DNA of 64,000 bases from an uncultured Acidobacteriota bacterium (GTDB lineage: Bacteria > Acidobacteriota > Blastocatellia > RBC074), in contig CAWDDA010000008.1 in the NCBI GenBank assembly GCA_963800895.1, positions 65,581-129,580 of the forward strand, in the 5' to 3' direction. Of this stretch, positions 32,339 to 41,578 are shown piece by piece. The notes below the pieces were generated by a model that was not told the DNA's origin, searched no databases, and saw only the letters and a list, made by a program, of their open reading frames with translations. Each line of letters opens with the position of its first letter. Within the stretch, counting starts at the first letter, position 1. The translations under genes and the position numbers were made by a program.

Positions 32339-32366
32339 TTGTCGATCAGGGCTTTTCCCGTATAAT
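32339..32366 (+). promoter_or_regulatory. Sigma70-type promoter of SIR2-STAND operon
   Basis: TTGTCG-16 nt-TATAAT. Confidence 0.55.
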
Positions 32367-32489
32367 TCGCCCAGAAGAGGGTCGCAGGCCCGGCGCGGTC
32401 GAGCCTGCAGGTTGTTTTAAAGGGTCGAAGCTCAGCCAGGCGGTTGGCAAGTGTCAAGAGACCGCGATTTGGCCCTTAGGAAGTATCAT

Positions 32490-33452
32490 ATGTCATCGCC
32501 TACAGATGCTCACTTCAGGTCTGTTGTGAGAGCTATCCTCGATGGGCGGCTGGTTCCGTTTCTTGGGGCGGGATTCAATGTACCGGGGCGTCCTGACGCG
32601 GCTCCGCAATGGAGTGGAGAGTGCGAGTTCCTGCCTAGCGGCAGCGAGCTCTCGTGGTACCTGGCGGAGACGTTCGATTACCCGCATGAGCAGGATAGGC
32701 GAAACCTGGTGAGGGTTTCGCAGTACGTCGAGGTGCTCAACGGCACTGGCCCTCTATATGAGCTGCTTCGAAGGATCTTCACTAATGAAAGATACCGGCC
32801 AGGACTCCAGCACAAGTTCCTTGCGGGTTTGCCCGGCGTCTCGCGGCCACTCGGTATACCGCCACGTTATCAGCTCATCGTGACGACAAATTACGATGAT
32901 ATGGTAGAGCATGCGTTGCGTGAGGCCGAGCAGGAGTTTGATCTGGCGATATATATAGCCACTGGCACGAGCAGCGGAAAGTTTGTGCATCGGCATCCCG
33001 ACGGTCAGACGAGTCTGATAGACAAGCCCAACATCTACCCAAGCCTCTCACTTGAGGAGCGTCCGGTGATCCTCAAGATTCATGGCGCCGTCGACCGCGA
33101 GCATGAAGACAAGGACAGCTACGTCATCACCGAAGATGATTATATTGACTACATGACGCGGCTCGACATTGAGAAGTTGCTGCCGGTGAAACTGCTGGCC
33201 AAGCTTCGCAAATGTAACTTCCTGTTTCTGGGTTACAGTCTGAGCGACTGGAATCTCCGTGCGATTCTGGGTCGCATCTGGGGTGAGCAATCACGAAGCT
33301 ACCAGTCCTGGGCTGTGCAGTTGAATCCCGATCCAATCGATGTCAAGTTCTGGACGCGGCGAGGAGTGGAGATCGTAGATGCAGACCTCGGAGAATACGT
33401 CGCAGAGCTTAGCCGGCTGCTCGCTACTCAGCCAGGCAACGGTCAAAAGTAG
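32490..33452 (+). CDS. Stand-alone SIR2-like (SIR2_2) protein, putative NADase effector
   Basis: PFLGAG, LPSGSEL, IVTTNYD, LKIHG, ITEDDY, FLFLGYSLSDWN. Confidence 0.92.
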   Translation: MSSPTDAHFRSVVRAILDGRLVPFLGAGFNVPGRPDAAPQWSGECEFLPSGSELSWYLAETFDYPHEQDRRNLVRVSQYVEVLNGTGPLYELLRRIFTNERYRPGLQHKFLAGLPGVSRPLGIPPRYQLIVTTNYDDMVEHALREAEQEFDLAIYIATGTSSGKFVHRHPDGQTSLIDKPNIYPSLSLEERPVILKIHGAVDREHEDKDSYVITEDDYIDYMTRLDIEKLLPVKLLAKLRKCNFLFLGYSLSDWNLRAILGRIWGEQSRSYQSWAVQLNPDPIDVKFWTRRGVEIVDADLGEYVAELSRLLATQPGNGQK

Positions 33453-33487
33453 CAGCATAGAACATCACGCAGAAACGGCGGACCGAA

Positions 33488-36400
33488 ATGGCAGGCGAAA
33501 GTCCCTATAAGGGTCTGGTTCCATTTGATGAAGAAGACGCGCCTTTTTTCTTTGGACGCGAGGAAGAGCGCGATCTGATCATCGCAAACCTTACCGCTTC
33601 GCGTCTCACATTACTCTACGGTGCGACAGGGGTCGGGAAGAGCTCAGTGCTTGGAGCGGGCGTTCTTTATCATATTCACGAGATCACGCGTGAGCACTGG
33701 AATCAGAACAGGGCTCCGGAGTTTGCGATCGTCAGCCATCGAATGTGGCGCGACGACGCAGTTGGCGAACTGATAAAGCGGATTCAGGATTCTGTTGCCC
33801 GCGCGCTTCAGGTTTCGATTGCGGAATTGTTTCCCGAGCCTCTCGGGTTGAGTGAAACGATCAAGCTGGGCGCCGCACGGTTCGAAGACGGGCTCCTCAT
33901 CATCCTCGATCAATTCGAAAGTTATTTCCTTTATCACGGAGATGAAAACGGTCACGGAAGTTTCGCCCGGGAGTTTGCGGGCATCGTCAATGATCCGACC
34001 GTGAGGGCAAACTTTGTGATCTCGATTCGTGAGGATGCTCTCGCAAAACTCGATTGTTTCAAGGGATCCATTCCGCGATTATTCGACAACTACATGCGCA
34101 TTGAGCATCTCGATCGCTGGGATGCCTACGACGCGATCATCAAGCCGGTCGAAAAGTATTCCGCGCTCCTGCCTCAGGGTGAGCGTCCCTACAACATCGA
34201 GCCTGAGCTCGTGGACGAAGTATTGAATCAGGTTGCATCCGGTAATGTCATGCATGAAGCCGCGGCGATCAGAGTCGGTCCCCATGCGACAGACAAGACA
34301 TTGGTTGAAGCGCCGTTCCTGCAGCTTGTGATGGATCGGCTGTGGCAGGAAGAGCAGAGGCAGGGGTCGCATAGCCTGCGTCTTGAGACTCTGAAACGTC
34401 TTGGCGGAGCGCAGACTGTTATTCAAAGTCACTTCGAGGAGAAGCTCAACGATCTGACTTTGACGCAGCGCGACAACGCGGCAAAGATCTTTCGGCAGCT
34501 GGTAACGCGTACGGGCATCAAGATCATGCAAACGCTCGATGACCTGGTTTCCGAGCCGGAGCTGACGCGGGAAGCAGTTTCCGAAGTGGTAGACAAGCTT
34601 TCGAGTCCCGGCGTCCGGATTCTGCGTCACGTGCCGCCACCGCCCGATAACCCGACTCTCGAACGCTACGAAATATCTCACGACATTCTCGCCCGCGCTG
34701 CGCGTGACTGGCGCAGAAAACAGGAGCAGGTCGAGACTGATAGACGTGCTGCCGAAGAAGCTGCCGAGCGTGAATTGGAGATTCGCCGCGAGCTTGAGCA
34801 CGAACGTGCTCTCGCGGTGCTTGAAGAAGAGAAACGACGCCTCGATCTCGAGCGGCGTCGAAACAAGGAATTGGGCGTTCTGCTGACGACGGTTCTTGTT
34901 CTTCTCGGAGCTACGATCGTTCTCGGCATCATTGCGTGGAAGGGTTGGAACGAAGCAAAGTCGAGGTATTTTGCAATCCTCAGTCTTTCGCCCCAGGTTC
35001 AGGGTGATCAGGACCTGAGCGTTCTGCTCGCGAATGAAGCGATTAAAGCCAACCGTACTCAGGAAGCAGAGGCGGCGCTGCGCCTGTCACTTTTTGACCG
35101 CCAGGCACGAAGAACGCTGCTCAGAGGTCACACTGGCCCGGTCTATAGCGGTTCTTTCAGCCCCGACGGCAATTGGATCGTAACGGCGGGACGTGACAAC
35201 ACGGCGCTGCTTCGCAGGAGTTCGAGCCCGCAGCCTGCAGTGGTACTCAACCACGATTTAAGCGTCCGTTCGGCGAACTTCAGTGCTGATGGCAGAAGGA
35301 TCCTCACTGCTTGCGAAGACGGGTCTGTCAGGATCTGGGACGGTGTTATTGAAAGGGCGGGTGAGGTAGCTCGGAGAGGCACGCCTATACAACTCAGTGC
35401 GAGCGCGGCGTCGATTGTGCTCATGCATCCTCAAGCCGCATTCAGTGGGGCATTCAGTTCCGACGGCTCGCTGGTCGCAACCGCCTGCTGGGACGATGAT
35501 GGATGGATATGGGACCTGAGTGGCGCCAAGCCAAAATGGACTCACAAGCTGAAGCACGATGGTGATGTCTACAGCGCCGCCTTCATCCCGAAAACAGCGC
35601 GCGGAGGAGACAATGGTCCTTCCGGCCAGCGGGTTGTTACTGCGAGCAAGGACAAGACAGCCCGTGTCTGGGATGCGAGCACAGGAGGCGAACTTCTGAG
35701 GCTGCAACACGCAGGTCCTGTATGGCGCGCGGCTTATAACCCGGACGGCACGCGGATCGTTACGGCCAGCGAAGACAAGACGGCGAGAGTGTGGGATGCA
35801 GTTACCGGTCAGCAGCTATTGACCCTCAGACATCTCGATACCGTTCGCAGCGCCTCTTTCAGCCCGGATGGACGCTGGATACTGACTGGCAGCGACGACC
35901 GCACCGCTCGCATCTGGGATGCAGCCAACGGACATCTACTTTTTCCGCCGCTGGTTCATTCATCAGCAGTCTACAGTGCTGAATTCAGCAGCGATGGCAA
36001 TCACATCGTCACGACGAGTGTTGATCGTGTGGTTCGGCTGTGGGAAGAGTTCAACGTCAATCAGGTGACCGCCGTCGGACCAGCGAGCTTGTCGGGAGGC
36101 ATCGACGATGCCAGATATGTAGCCGCCTTTTCGCCTGACGGAAAAGCAATCGCCGTTGCTGGAGCGGACGGGACGATCAGTCTTTGGAATGCCGAAAGAC
36201 TGGGCCAGGCAGACTACCGTGGGCCCGAATGGACTACGAAGCAGGATGGTCCTGTTAGGGCTGTTGACTTCAGCCGCGACGGCTCGCTGTTGGTTGTCGC
36301 TATTGAAAACGGGATCGCCCGTGTCCTTGATAGAGCGACCGGAACCCAGAGAGGGTCCGAGCTCGTTTCGGATGCTGCGATGTCGAGTGCAGTGTTCAGT

Positions 36401-37087
36401 CCGGACCAGTCTCAGATCTTGACGGGAGGAATGGGCGGTACGGCAAGTATCTGGGATGTAAATGGGCACTCTGTAGTCGGTACGCTCAGTCATCCTGCCG
36501 GAGTACTTGGCGTTGCTTACGGCCATAAGGGGAATTTGATCGTTACCGCCGGCAGTGATCAGAGCGCAAAAATCTGGAACGCGCAAACACGCGAGCTGGT
36601 AGCCAGTCTCGATCATTCGGTTGGCCCTGTACGCAAGGCCGCGTTCAGTCCAGACGATCGTATTCTAGTCACAGCAACCGGGGATGGCAGCGCCTGGGTG
36701 TGGGAACGTTCTATGTGGGGGAAGGATGGCACGCCCAGACGGCTTGGCGGGCACGCTGCCTCTGTAAACAGCGTGGCCTTCAGTAAGGAGGCTACCTGGC
36801 TGGCTACAGCCAGCAGTGACGGGACGGTACGAATATGGGATACGGCAACCTGGACATCGCTCTTCGAGCTGAGACTTCACGGAGGCGCCGTATTCAGCGC
36901 ATCTTTCGACCCTTCAAGAGGTGGTAGTCCTACCGGGGAGAGGATAGTCACAGCAAGTGGTGACGGAACTTCATTGATCTACACCTGTGAAGCGTGCAGA
37001 CCCATTGATTCGCTTCGCACTCTGGTGAGTGAGCGCGTCAAGCGAGGTCTGACTCCGGAGGAGAAAGCAAGATACCGGGTGCGCTGA
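33488..37087 (+). CDS. nSTAND1-type NTPase + coiled coil + TM helix + 14 WD40 repeats (NLR-like)
   Basis: SPYKGLVPF..FFGRE, Walker A GATGVGKSS, Walker B LLIILDQFE, ISIRED, PFLQL, EISHDIL; 14 H..V....FS.DG..IVTAS.D..ARxWD-type repeats; C-terminal CEAC...LTPEEKARY. Confidence 0.92.
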   Translation: MAGESPYKGLVPFDEEDAPFFFGREEERDLIIANLTASRLTLLYGATGVGKSSVLGAGVLYHIHEITREHWNQNRAPEFAIVSHRMWRDDAVGELIKRIQDSVARALQVSIAELFPEPLGLSETIKLGAARFEDGLLIILDQFESYFLYHGDENGHGSFAREFAGIVNDPTVRANFVISIREDALAKLDCFKGSIPRLFDNYMRIEHLDRWDAYDAIIKPVEKYSALLPQGERPYNIEPELVDEVLNQVASGNVMHEAAAIRVGPHATDKTLVEAPFLQLVMDRLWQEEQRQGSHSLRLETLKRLGGAQTVIQSHFEEKLNDLTLTQRDNAAKIFRQLVTRTGIKIMQTLDDLVSEPELTREAVSEVVDKLSSPGVRILRHVPPPPDNPTLERYEISHDILARAARDWRRKQEQVETDRRAAEEAAERELEIRRELEHERALAVLEEEKRRLDLERRRNKELGVLLTTVLVLLGATIVLGIIAWKGWNEAKSRYFAILSLSPQVQGDQDLSVLLANEAIKANRTQEAEAALRLSLFDRQARRTLLRGHTGPVYSGSFSPDGNWIVTAGRDNTALLRRSSSPQPAVVLNHDLSVRSANFSADGRRILTACEDGSVRIWDGVIERAGEVARRGTPIQLSASAASIVLMHPQAAFSGAFSSDGSLVATACWDDDGWIWDLSGAKPKWTHKLKHDGDVYSAAFIPKTARGGDNGPSGQRVVTASKDKTARVWDASTGGELLRLQHAGPVWRAAYNPDGTRIVTASEDKTARVWDAVTGQQLLTLRHLDTVRSASFSPDGRWILTGSDDRTARIWDAANGHLLFPPLVHSSAVYSAEFSSDGNHIVTTSVDRVVRLWEEFNVNQVTAVGPASLSGGIDDARYVAAFSPDGKAIAVAGADGTISLWNAERLGQADYRGPEWTTKQDGPVRAVDFSRDGSLLVVAIENGIARVLDRATGTQRGSELVSDAAMSSAVFSPDQSQILTGGMGGTASIWDVNGHSVVGTLSHPAGVLGVAYGHKGNLIVTAGSDQSAKIWNAQTRELVASLDHSVGPVRKAAFSPDDRILVTATGDGSAWVWERSMWGKDGTPRRLGGHAASVNSVAFSKEATWLATASSDGTVRIWDTATWTSLFELRLHGGAVFSASFDPSRGGSPTGERIVTASGDGTSLIYTCEACRPIDSLRTLVSERVKRGLTPEEKARYRVR

Positions 37088-37122
37088 ATCGATGGTCGCC
37101 GCGCATGCGCGCAGCACAATCA

Positions 37123-37341
37123 CCGCGGAGCGGTGCCAGAACGTAGCCGGGGGTTGAGTCTTCGAAACCCCCGGATCGATTCCATTGACGAACCGCATCC
37201 CAGAGGGATGCGAGAAAAGACGACAGGTTTCACCAGATCGTTTCTCGCATCCCTCCGGGATGCACACACACTCTCTCTCACGATGCAACCAGGGGTTTCG
37301 AAGACTCAACCACCTGGCTACGATCTTTGACGCCTCCGGCG
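37123..37341. repeat. About 220-bp nested inverted repeat (REP/MITE-like)
   Basis: CGTAGCCGGGGGTTGAGTCTTCGAAACCCC / GGGGTTTCGAAGACTCAACCACCTGGCTACG outer arms; GCATCCCAGAGGGATGCGAGAA / TTCTCGCATCCCTCCGGGATGC inner arms. Confidence 0.85.
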
Positions 37342-37366
37342 TCAGTCGATCATTGGAGTAGCCCAA

Positions 37367-39259
37367 TTGACCCGACTCCCATCCCGTCGCGAGATTCTCA
37401 CTTCGCTGGCAGCAGTACCTGCGCTCTCATTGTCTTCTCGAGCCGCGCCAGCAACGGTTGAGCTCCGCAGTCCAGATGGCCGCATCAAGATCGCTCTTGT
37501 TGACGATCGCATCACCGTCCGTGTGACGTATCAGGGCGCTACGGTGATTGAACCTTCTCCAGTTGGCATCATTGTTGATGGAATCAACTTTGGGGAACGA
37601 GCAAAGATCGTCAGGACGGACAAGTACCGGCAGCAGGAGCAATATCCAACACGAGGCGTCCACTCGCAGGCGACAAATCACTTCAACGGAATGCGAATCA
37701 GCTTCAGCCATCCGAGCACGCAGGATGGATTTACTGTAGACCTTCGCGCCTTCGATGACGGTATCGCGTTCCGCACCTTGATCCCGGGCGCGGGTAAAAA
37801 GCGGGTTCCTGACGAAGCCACGACGTTCACACTTCCCGACGGGAGCGTCGTCTGGTATCACGATCACGAAGGCCATTACGAAGGAATTCACAGCCGCAAG
37901 GAACTCACGCGTATCGCTGAAGGCGAATGGGCCGCGCCACCGCTTACCATCAAACTTCCCGGGCAGGGCGGTTATGCCGCAATCACAGAAGCGGCATTGA
38001 TAAACTTTGCCGGAATGGTCCTGCAGACAGACGGCAAGCGTGGTTTCCGTGCGCGTCTTGGACATTCGGCGCCACCAAGCTATCCGTTCAGGCTGAGGTA
38101 CGCGGGTGACGTCGAGCGCCTGGCAATTCCAGCCCCAGTGGAAGGCACCATCGTCACTCCGTGGCGAGTCGTAATGATCGGTGCGAATCTCAACACTCTC
38201 GTCAACTGCGATATCGTCAGCAATGTTTCGCCTGCGCCTGATCCTCACCTCTTTCCTCGCGGGTTTGATACGGAATGGATCAAGCCAGGTCGTGCGGTGT
38301 GGAAGTATCTAGACGGAGGAGAGAACACCCTCGGTGAAATGAAGGAGTTTTCGCGGCTGGCCGCAGAGCTTGGGTTTGGATACAACATCATTGAAGGTTT
38401 TTGGCAGCGATGGTCGGAAGCAGAGTTAAGAGACCTGGTGACGTACTCGCGTGAGCGCGATGTGGGCATATGGCTGTGGAAGCACACAAAAGACCTGCGA
38501 GCGGCAGACGCGCGGGAGAAATTCTTCCGGCAATGCCGGGATGCCGGCGTGAAGGGCGTCAAACTTGATTTCTTTGATCACGAAGCAAAGGAGATCATTG
38601 ATCTGTACCAGACTCTGCTCAAGGAAGCGGCAGAGGCAAAGCTGATGGTTGACTTTCACGGGGCAAACAAACCGGCAGGCGAATCGCGGACGTGGCCGAA
38701 TGAAATGACGCGTGAGGGAATATACGGTCTTGAGCATCGGCGCACGGAATCGTGGGCAGGAATCAATACCATCCTTCCATTTACGCGCATGCTCGCTGGC
38801 CATGCCGATTACACTCCGGTGCACTTTGGTGAACGGCGGCGTGAGACGTCGTGGCCTCATCAGATTGCGACGGCGGCAATATTTACGTCACCAGTGCTGA
38901 TCTACGGCGCACATCCAAAAAATCTCTTGAGCAACCCCGCGGTCGAGGTCATAAAAAGCATTCCAGCCACGTGGGATGAGACTATCGCTCTCGAGGCCTG
39001 CGAAATCGGCGAGCTCGCGGCATTTGCACGGCGCTCGGGCTCAACCTGGTTTCTGGCGGTGCTCAACGGTGCGACAGCTCGAACGCTCCGAATTCCGATG
39101 TCATTCCTGGGACAACGCGCATACGACGCCCTTCTCGTTCGCGATGATCCCAGTGAAGCTGCTTCAGTGAAGCTTGAGAAAACTCGCGTCAACGCCCGCG
39201 ATTTGTTGCGGCTTGATCTGAGGGCGGGAGGCGGTTTTATCGGCCGTTTCACGCCTTAG
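37367..39259 (+). CDS. Glycoside hydrolase family 97, Tat-exported
   Basis: SRREIL; RAFDDGIAFR, TPWRVV, WIKPG, GVKLDF, VDFHG, RTWPNEMTREG, PFTRMLAGHADYTP, PATWDET. Confidence 0.92.
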   Translation: MTRLPSRREILTSLAAVPALSLSSRAAPATVELRSPDGRIKIALVDDRITVRVTYQGATVIEPSPVGIIVDGINFGERAKIVRTDKYRQQEQYPTRGVHSQATNHFNGMRISFSHPSTQDGFTVDLRAFDDGIAFRTLIPGAGKKRVPDEATTFTLPDGSVVWYHDHEGHYEGIHSRKELTRIAEGEWAAPPLTIKLPGQGGYAAITEAALINFAGMVLQTDGKRGFRARLGHSAPPSYPFRLRYAGDVERLAIPAPVEGTIVTPWRVVMIGANLNTLVNCDIVSNVSPAPDPHLFPRGFDTEWIKPGRAVWKYLDGGENTLGEMKEFSRLAAELGFGYNIIEGFWQRWSEAELRDLVTYSRERDVGIWLWKHTKDLRAADAREKFFRQCRDAGVKGVKLDFFDHEAKEIIDLYQTLLKEAAEAKLMVDFHGANKPAGESRTWPNEMTREGIYGLEHRRTESWAGINTILPFTRMLAGHADYTPVHFGERRRETSWPHQIATAAIFTSPVLIYGAHPKNLLSNPAVEVIKSIPATWDETIALEACEIGELAAFARRSGSTWFLAVLNGATARTLRIPMSFLGQRAYDALLVRDDPSEAASVKLEKTRVNARDLLRLDLRAGGGFIGRFTP

Positions 39260-39277
39260 GCGATCCGGTCGCGCGTT

Positions 39278-39606
39278 TCACTCATAATGAGCCCACATCC
39301 GGATGACTTTGACGACTTTCTCGTCCTCAAGGACCTGATAGATCAAACGGTGTTGAACGTTGATGCGTCTCGAGTAGGCACCGGCAAGGTCACCTACCAG
39401 CTTCTCAAAGGGGGGAGGCGTCTGGAACGGATTCTCAGCGAGAACTTTCAGGAGTCCTTCAGCCTCGACGTATTCGGGTTGACGTGTGCTTTATTACGTT
39501 TTTTGGAGCTTGGGTGATGTCCTTCAGCCTTCGACCGAAGTCCGGCTGACGTGAGCTTTTTTGCGTCTTTTTGAGCTTGTTTGGTGAAGATGACTTTCCA
39601 TCTCAC
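39278..39606 (-). CDS. yoeB: Txe/YoeB toxin (interrupted by a noisy duplication of about 65 nt)
   Basis: Manual translation MRWKVIFTKQAQKDAKKLTSAGLRSKAE + GLLKVLAENPFQTPPPFEKLVGDLAGAYSRRINVQHRLIYQVLEDEKVVKVIRMWAHYE*; GTG start overlaps the antitoxin stop. Confidence 0.88.
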
Positions 39607-39849
39607 CATTCGATCTCTTCAGAACACTCTTCAGGCGGGGTTGCAAGACCTTCCCTGATCGACTCGCGCATACCCGGAATGAGGAAAGCAGGTAAAGTGT
39701 CTCCTGTATGGCTCTCCAATCCTCTTCAGCAACAAGCACCGCGTTCCCGCGTTTGCCGGTGATGAGCAGCGGCTCGTGCGATTCAAGGGCTTCATCGATA
39801 AGCCGGTAGAGATTGGCACGAGCGCGTCAGTTACATTGATGGAACTCAT
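39603..39849 (-). CDS. yefM: Phd/YefM antitoxin (two apparent 2-nt insertions)
   Basis: Reconstructed MSSINVTDARANLYRLIDEALESHEPLLITGKRGNAVLVAEEDWRAIQETLYLLSIPGMRESIREGLATPPEECSEEIEW*. Confidence 0.88.
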
Positions 39850-39958
39850 TCACCCTCTCAGTCCTTTTCGTGCGATTCAAGAGAGCTTCATCGATAAGCC
39901 GGTAGAAATTGGCACGAGCGTCAGTTACATTGATGGAACTCATTCACCGTCTCAGTCC
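39776..39958. repeat. Imperfect tandem duplication (about 90 nt) of the yefM 5' end
   Basis: CGTGCGATTCAAG...TTACATTGATGGAACTCATTCACC.TCTCAGTCCT occurs twice. Confidence 0.9.
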
Positions 39959-40049
39959 TAAATGAGCAAGCGTACGGTAATGGACATTAGAGCAAGCGTA
40001 GGTAATGCGTACGGAATGTCAAGACCTGAGAAAGTTAACTGGTAGTGGC

Positions 40050-40685
40050 TTATATGAACCTCAGTGGGACGAAACGCTCAGGTACATGATAGTTAGGCTG
40101 CTCACCTAGCGTTGGCGAAAAGGCCAGGTAGAGGCGCTCTTCTCTGAATCGGCTGACGCGAAAAAGGTTTGCATGCCAGTGTGAACCTCTTTTGGGATTC
40201 AGTCCGAAGGCCGAAAACGGTATCGCCATCATCGCTCTCCAATTCTTTGCTTTCCTGTCGATACCTGTCTCGGTACGCATACCGCTATTCCACTCCCAAT
40301 CGTGGCTCATCGTTTTGCGGTCAATAATGAGATCGCACCATTCACCAGTCGGAGCTACTTCGAACTCCTTATAACTTGTAACTGCAGCCTCTGCCGAAGA
40401 ACGCACAAAGATTTCGCACACGTCGCGATCCCACAGTGCATATGTTTCGCGCGAAAGATCGACCGTCTCGTTGATGTCGAGCTCGGTAAAATTGCATGAA
40501 AAGCTCACGAACAGCTGGTCGGCAGTCCACAGCAGCCTCGCTGATGTGGCTAGCTCCTTCGGCGCGGCGTCTCCATTCCATTGCCTGTCGAGCAAATGCA
40601 CCGGCGCCTCGTTCCATCGCGGATCATCCAGTCCGTCGACAGCATCTGCAAACTTCGCAAAGATCGCAACCATGGAATTGTTCAA
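40050..40685 (-). CDS. Carbohydrate-binding family 9-like (DOMON) protein
   Basis: VDGLDDPRW, ARLLW, LWDRDVCEIF, YKEFEVAPTG, AIPFSAF, WHANLFR, YHVPERF. Confidence 0.8.
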   Translation of the reverse strand: MNNSMVAIFAKFADAVDGLDDPRWNEAPVHLLDRQWNGDAAPKELATSARLLWTADQLFVSFSCNFTELDINETVDLSRETYALWDRDVCEIFVRSSAEAAVTSYKEFEVAPTGEWCDLIIDRKTMSHDWEWNSGMRTETGIDRKAKNWRAMMAIPFSAFGLNPKRGSHWHANLFRVSRFREERLYLAFSPTLGEQPNYHVPERFVPLRFI

Positions 40686-41503
40686 GAAAGAAGCTTTCCA
40701 ACGAGTACAGTCACGGCCTGGCCTGAGAGATAGACACGACCGTCGCCAAGCCTCACGCCGACGACACCGCCACGCTCCGAAGCCTGATAGCCGGTCATTT
40801 CAGTCTTCCCGAGCCGCTCGCTCCAGTATGGCGTCAGAGCGCAATGAGCAGCGCCGGTAACAGGATCTTCATCGATACCGGCATAGGCTGCAAAGTATCG
40901 CGATACGAAATCGAAAGGATCGCCGTCGGATTGTGCAGTGATGATCACCCCCGCGGGCGCGGCGCGCTTGAGCATCGAAAAATCCGGCCTTGCGTTGCGG
41001 ACCATCTCTTCCGAATCGAGCTCGATAAGAAAATCGCGGTCCTTCGAGCCTCGCGGTGGAGTCAGACCTACATACCTTGTCGTCGCACTTCTCAAGGCTT
41101 CACCAAGTTCCTTTGGCAGTTCTGCAACCACCGTGGTAATGGCAGGAAAATCGAGCTCGATCTGATCTCGTACGTGCCTTGCTTTCAACGTACCGCTGTG
41201 TGTGTGAAACGTTGCTGCCTCAGTCCTCAACAGCGTTCCGCTCTCCCAAAGCGCGTGCGCACTCGCAAGGGTCGCGTGACCGCATAGCGGTACTTCGATG
41301 GTTGGAGTAAACCAGCGTAGATCGAAGCCATCCGCACCGCCGGCACGCGGGCTGACGAAGGCTGTCTCAGACAGATTCATTTCAGCGGCAACATTCTGCA
41401 TCCATTCAGCAGGGCGCGGCGCGTCAAGCAGGCAAACAGCGGCCGGGTTACCTTTGAATGGCTCGGAAGCGAATGCGTCAATCTGAAATATCCGAGTTTC
41501 CAT
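40682..41503 (-). CDS. PhzF-family isomerase/epimerase
   Basis: QIDAF..FKGNPAAV, EMNLSETAF, LRWFTP.EVPLCGHATLA, EDPVTG, SERGG. Confidence 0.95.
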   Translation of the reverse strand: METRIFQIDAFASEPFKGNPAAVCLLDAPRPAEWMQNVAAEMNLSETAFVSPRAGGADGFDLRWFTPTIEVPLCGHATLASAHALWESGTLLRTEAATFHTHSGTLKARHVRDQIELDFPAITTVVAELPKELGEALRSATTRYVGLTPPRGSKDRDFLIELDSEEMVRNARPDFSMLKRAAPAGVIITAQSDGDPFDFVSRYFAAYAGIDEDPVTGAAHCALTPYWSERLGKTEMTGYQASERGGVVGVRLGDGRVYLSGQAVTVLVGKLLS

Positions 41504-41578
41504 AGCGTCATTCTAAAGGCAGACGTGGAGTTTCCAGTAAGGGTTTGAATGATGTTTTTGTTATACTTTCACCTTCCA

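Noticed and set aside
32490-33452. Thoeris ThsA, DSR or a CobB-type deacylase
   Set aside because: No SLOG/Macro or long DSR tail, no TIR partner, no zinc-finger Cys pairs of classical sirtuins
32490-37087. SIR2 and STAND as one frameshifted fusion gene
   Set aside because: Stops in both frames at the junction (33450-33452 and 33458-33460); at least two errors would be needed
36971-37366. ORFs on both strands after the STAND gene
   Set aside because: They span a palindromic repeat and show no protein-like features
39287-39517. 76-aa plus-strand ORF
   Set aside because: Antisense shadow of yoeB
39776-40015. CRISPR-like repeats
   Set aside because: Only two copies, no spacers, sequence is yefM coding DNA, no cas genes
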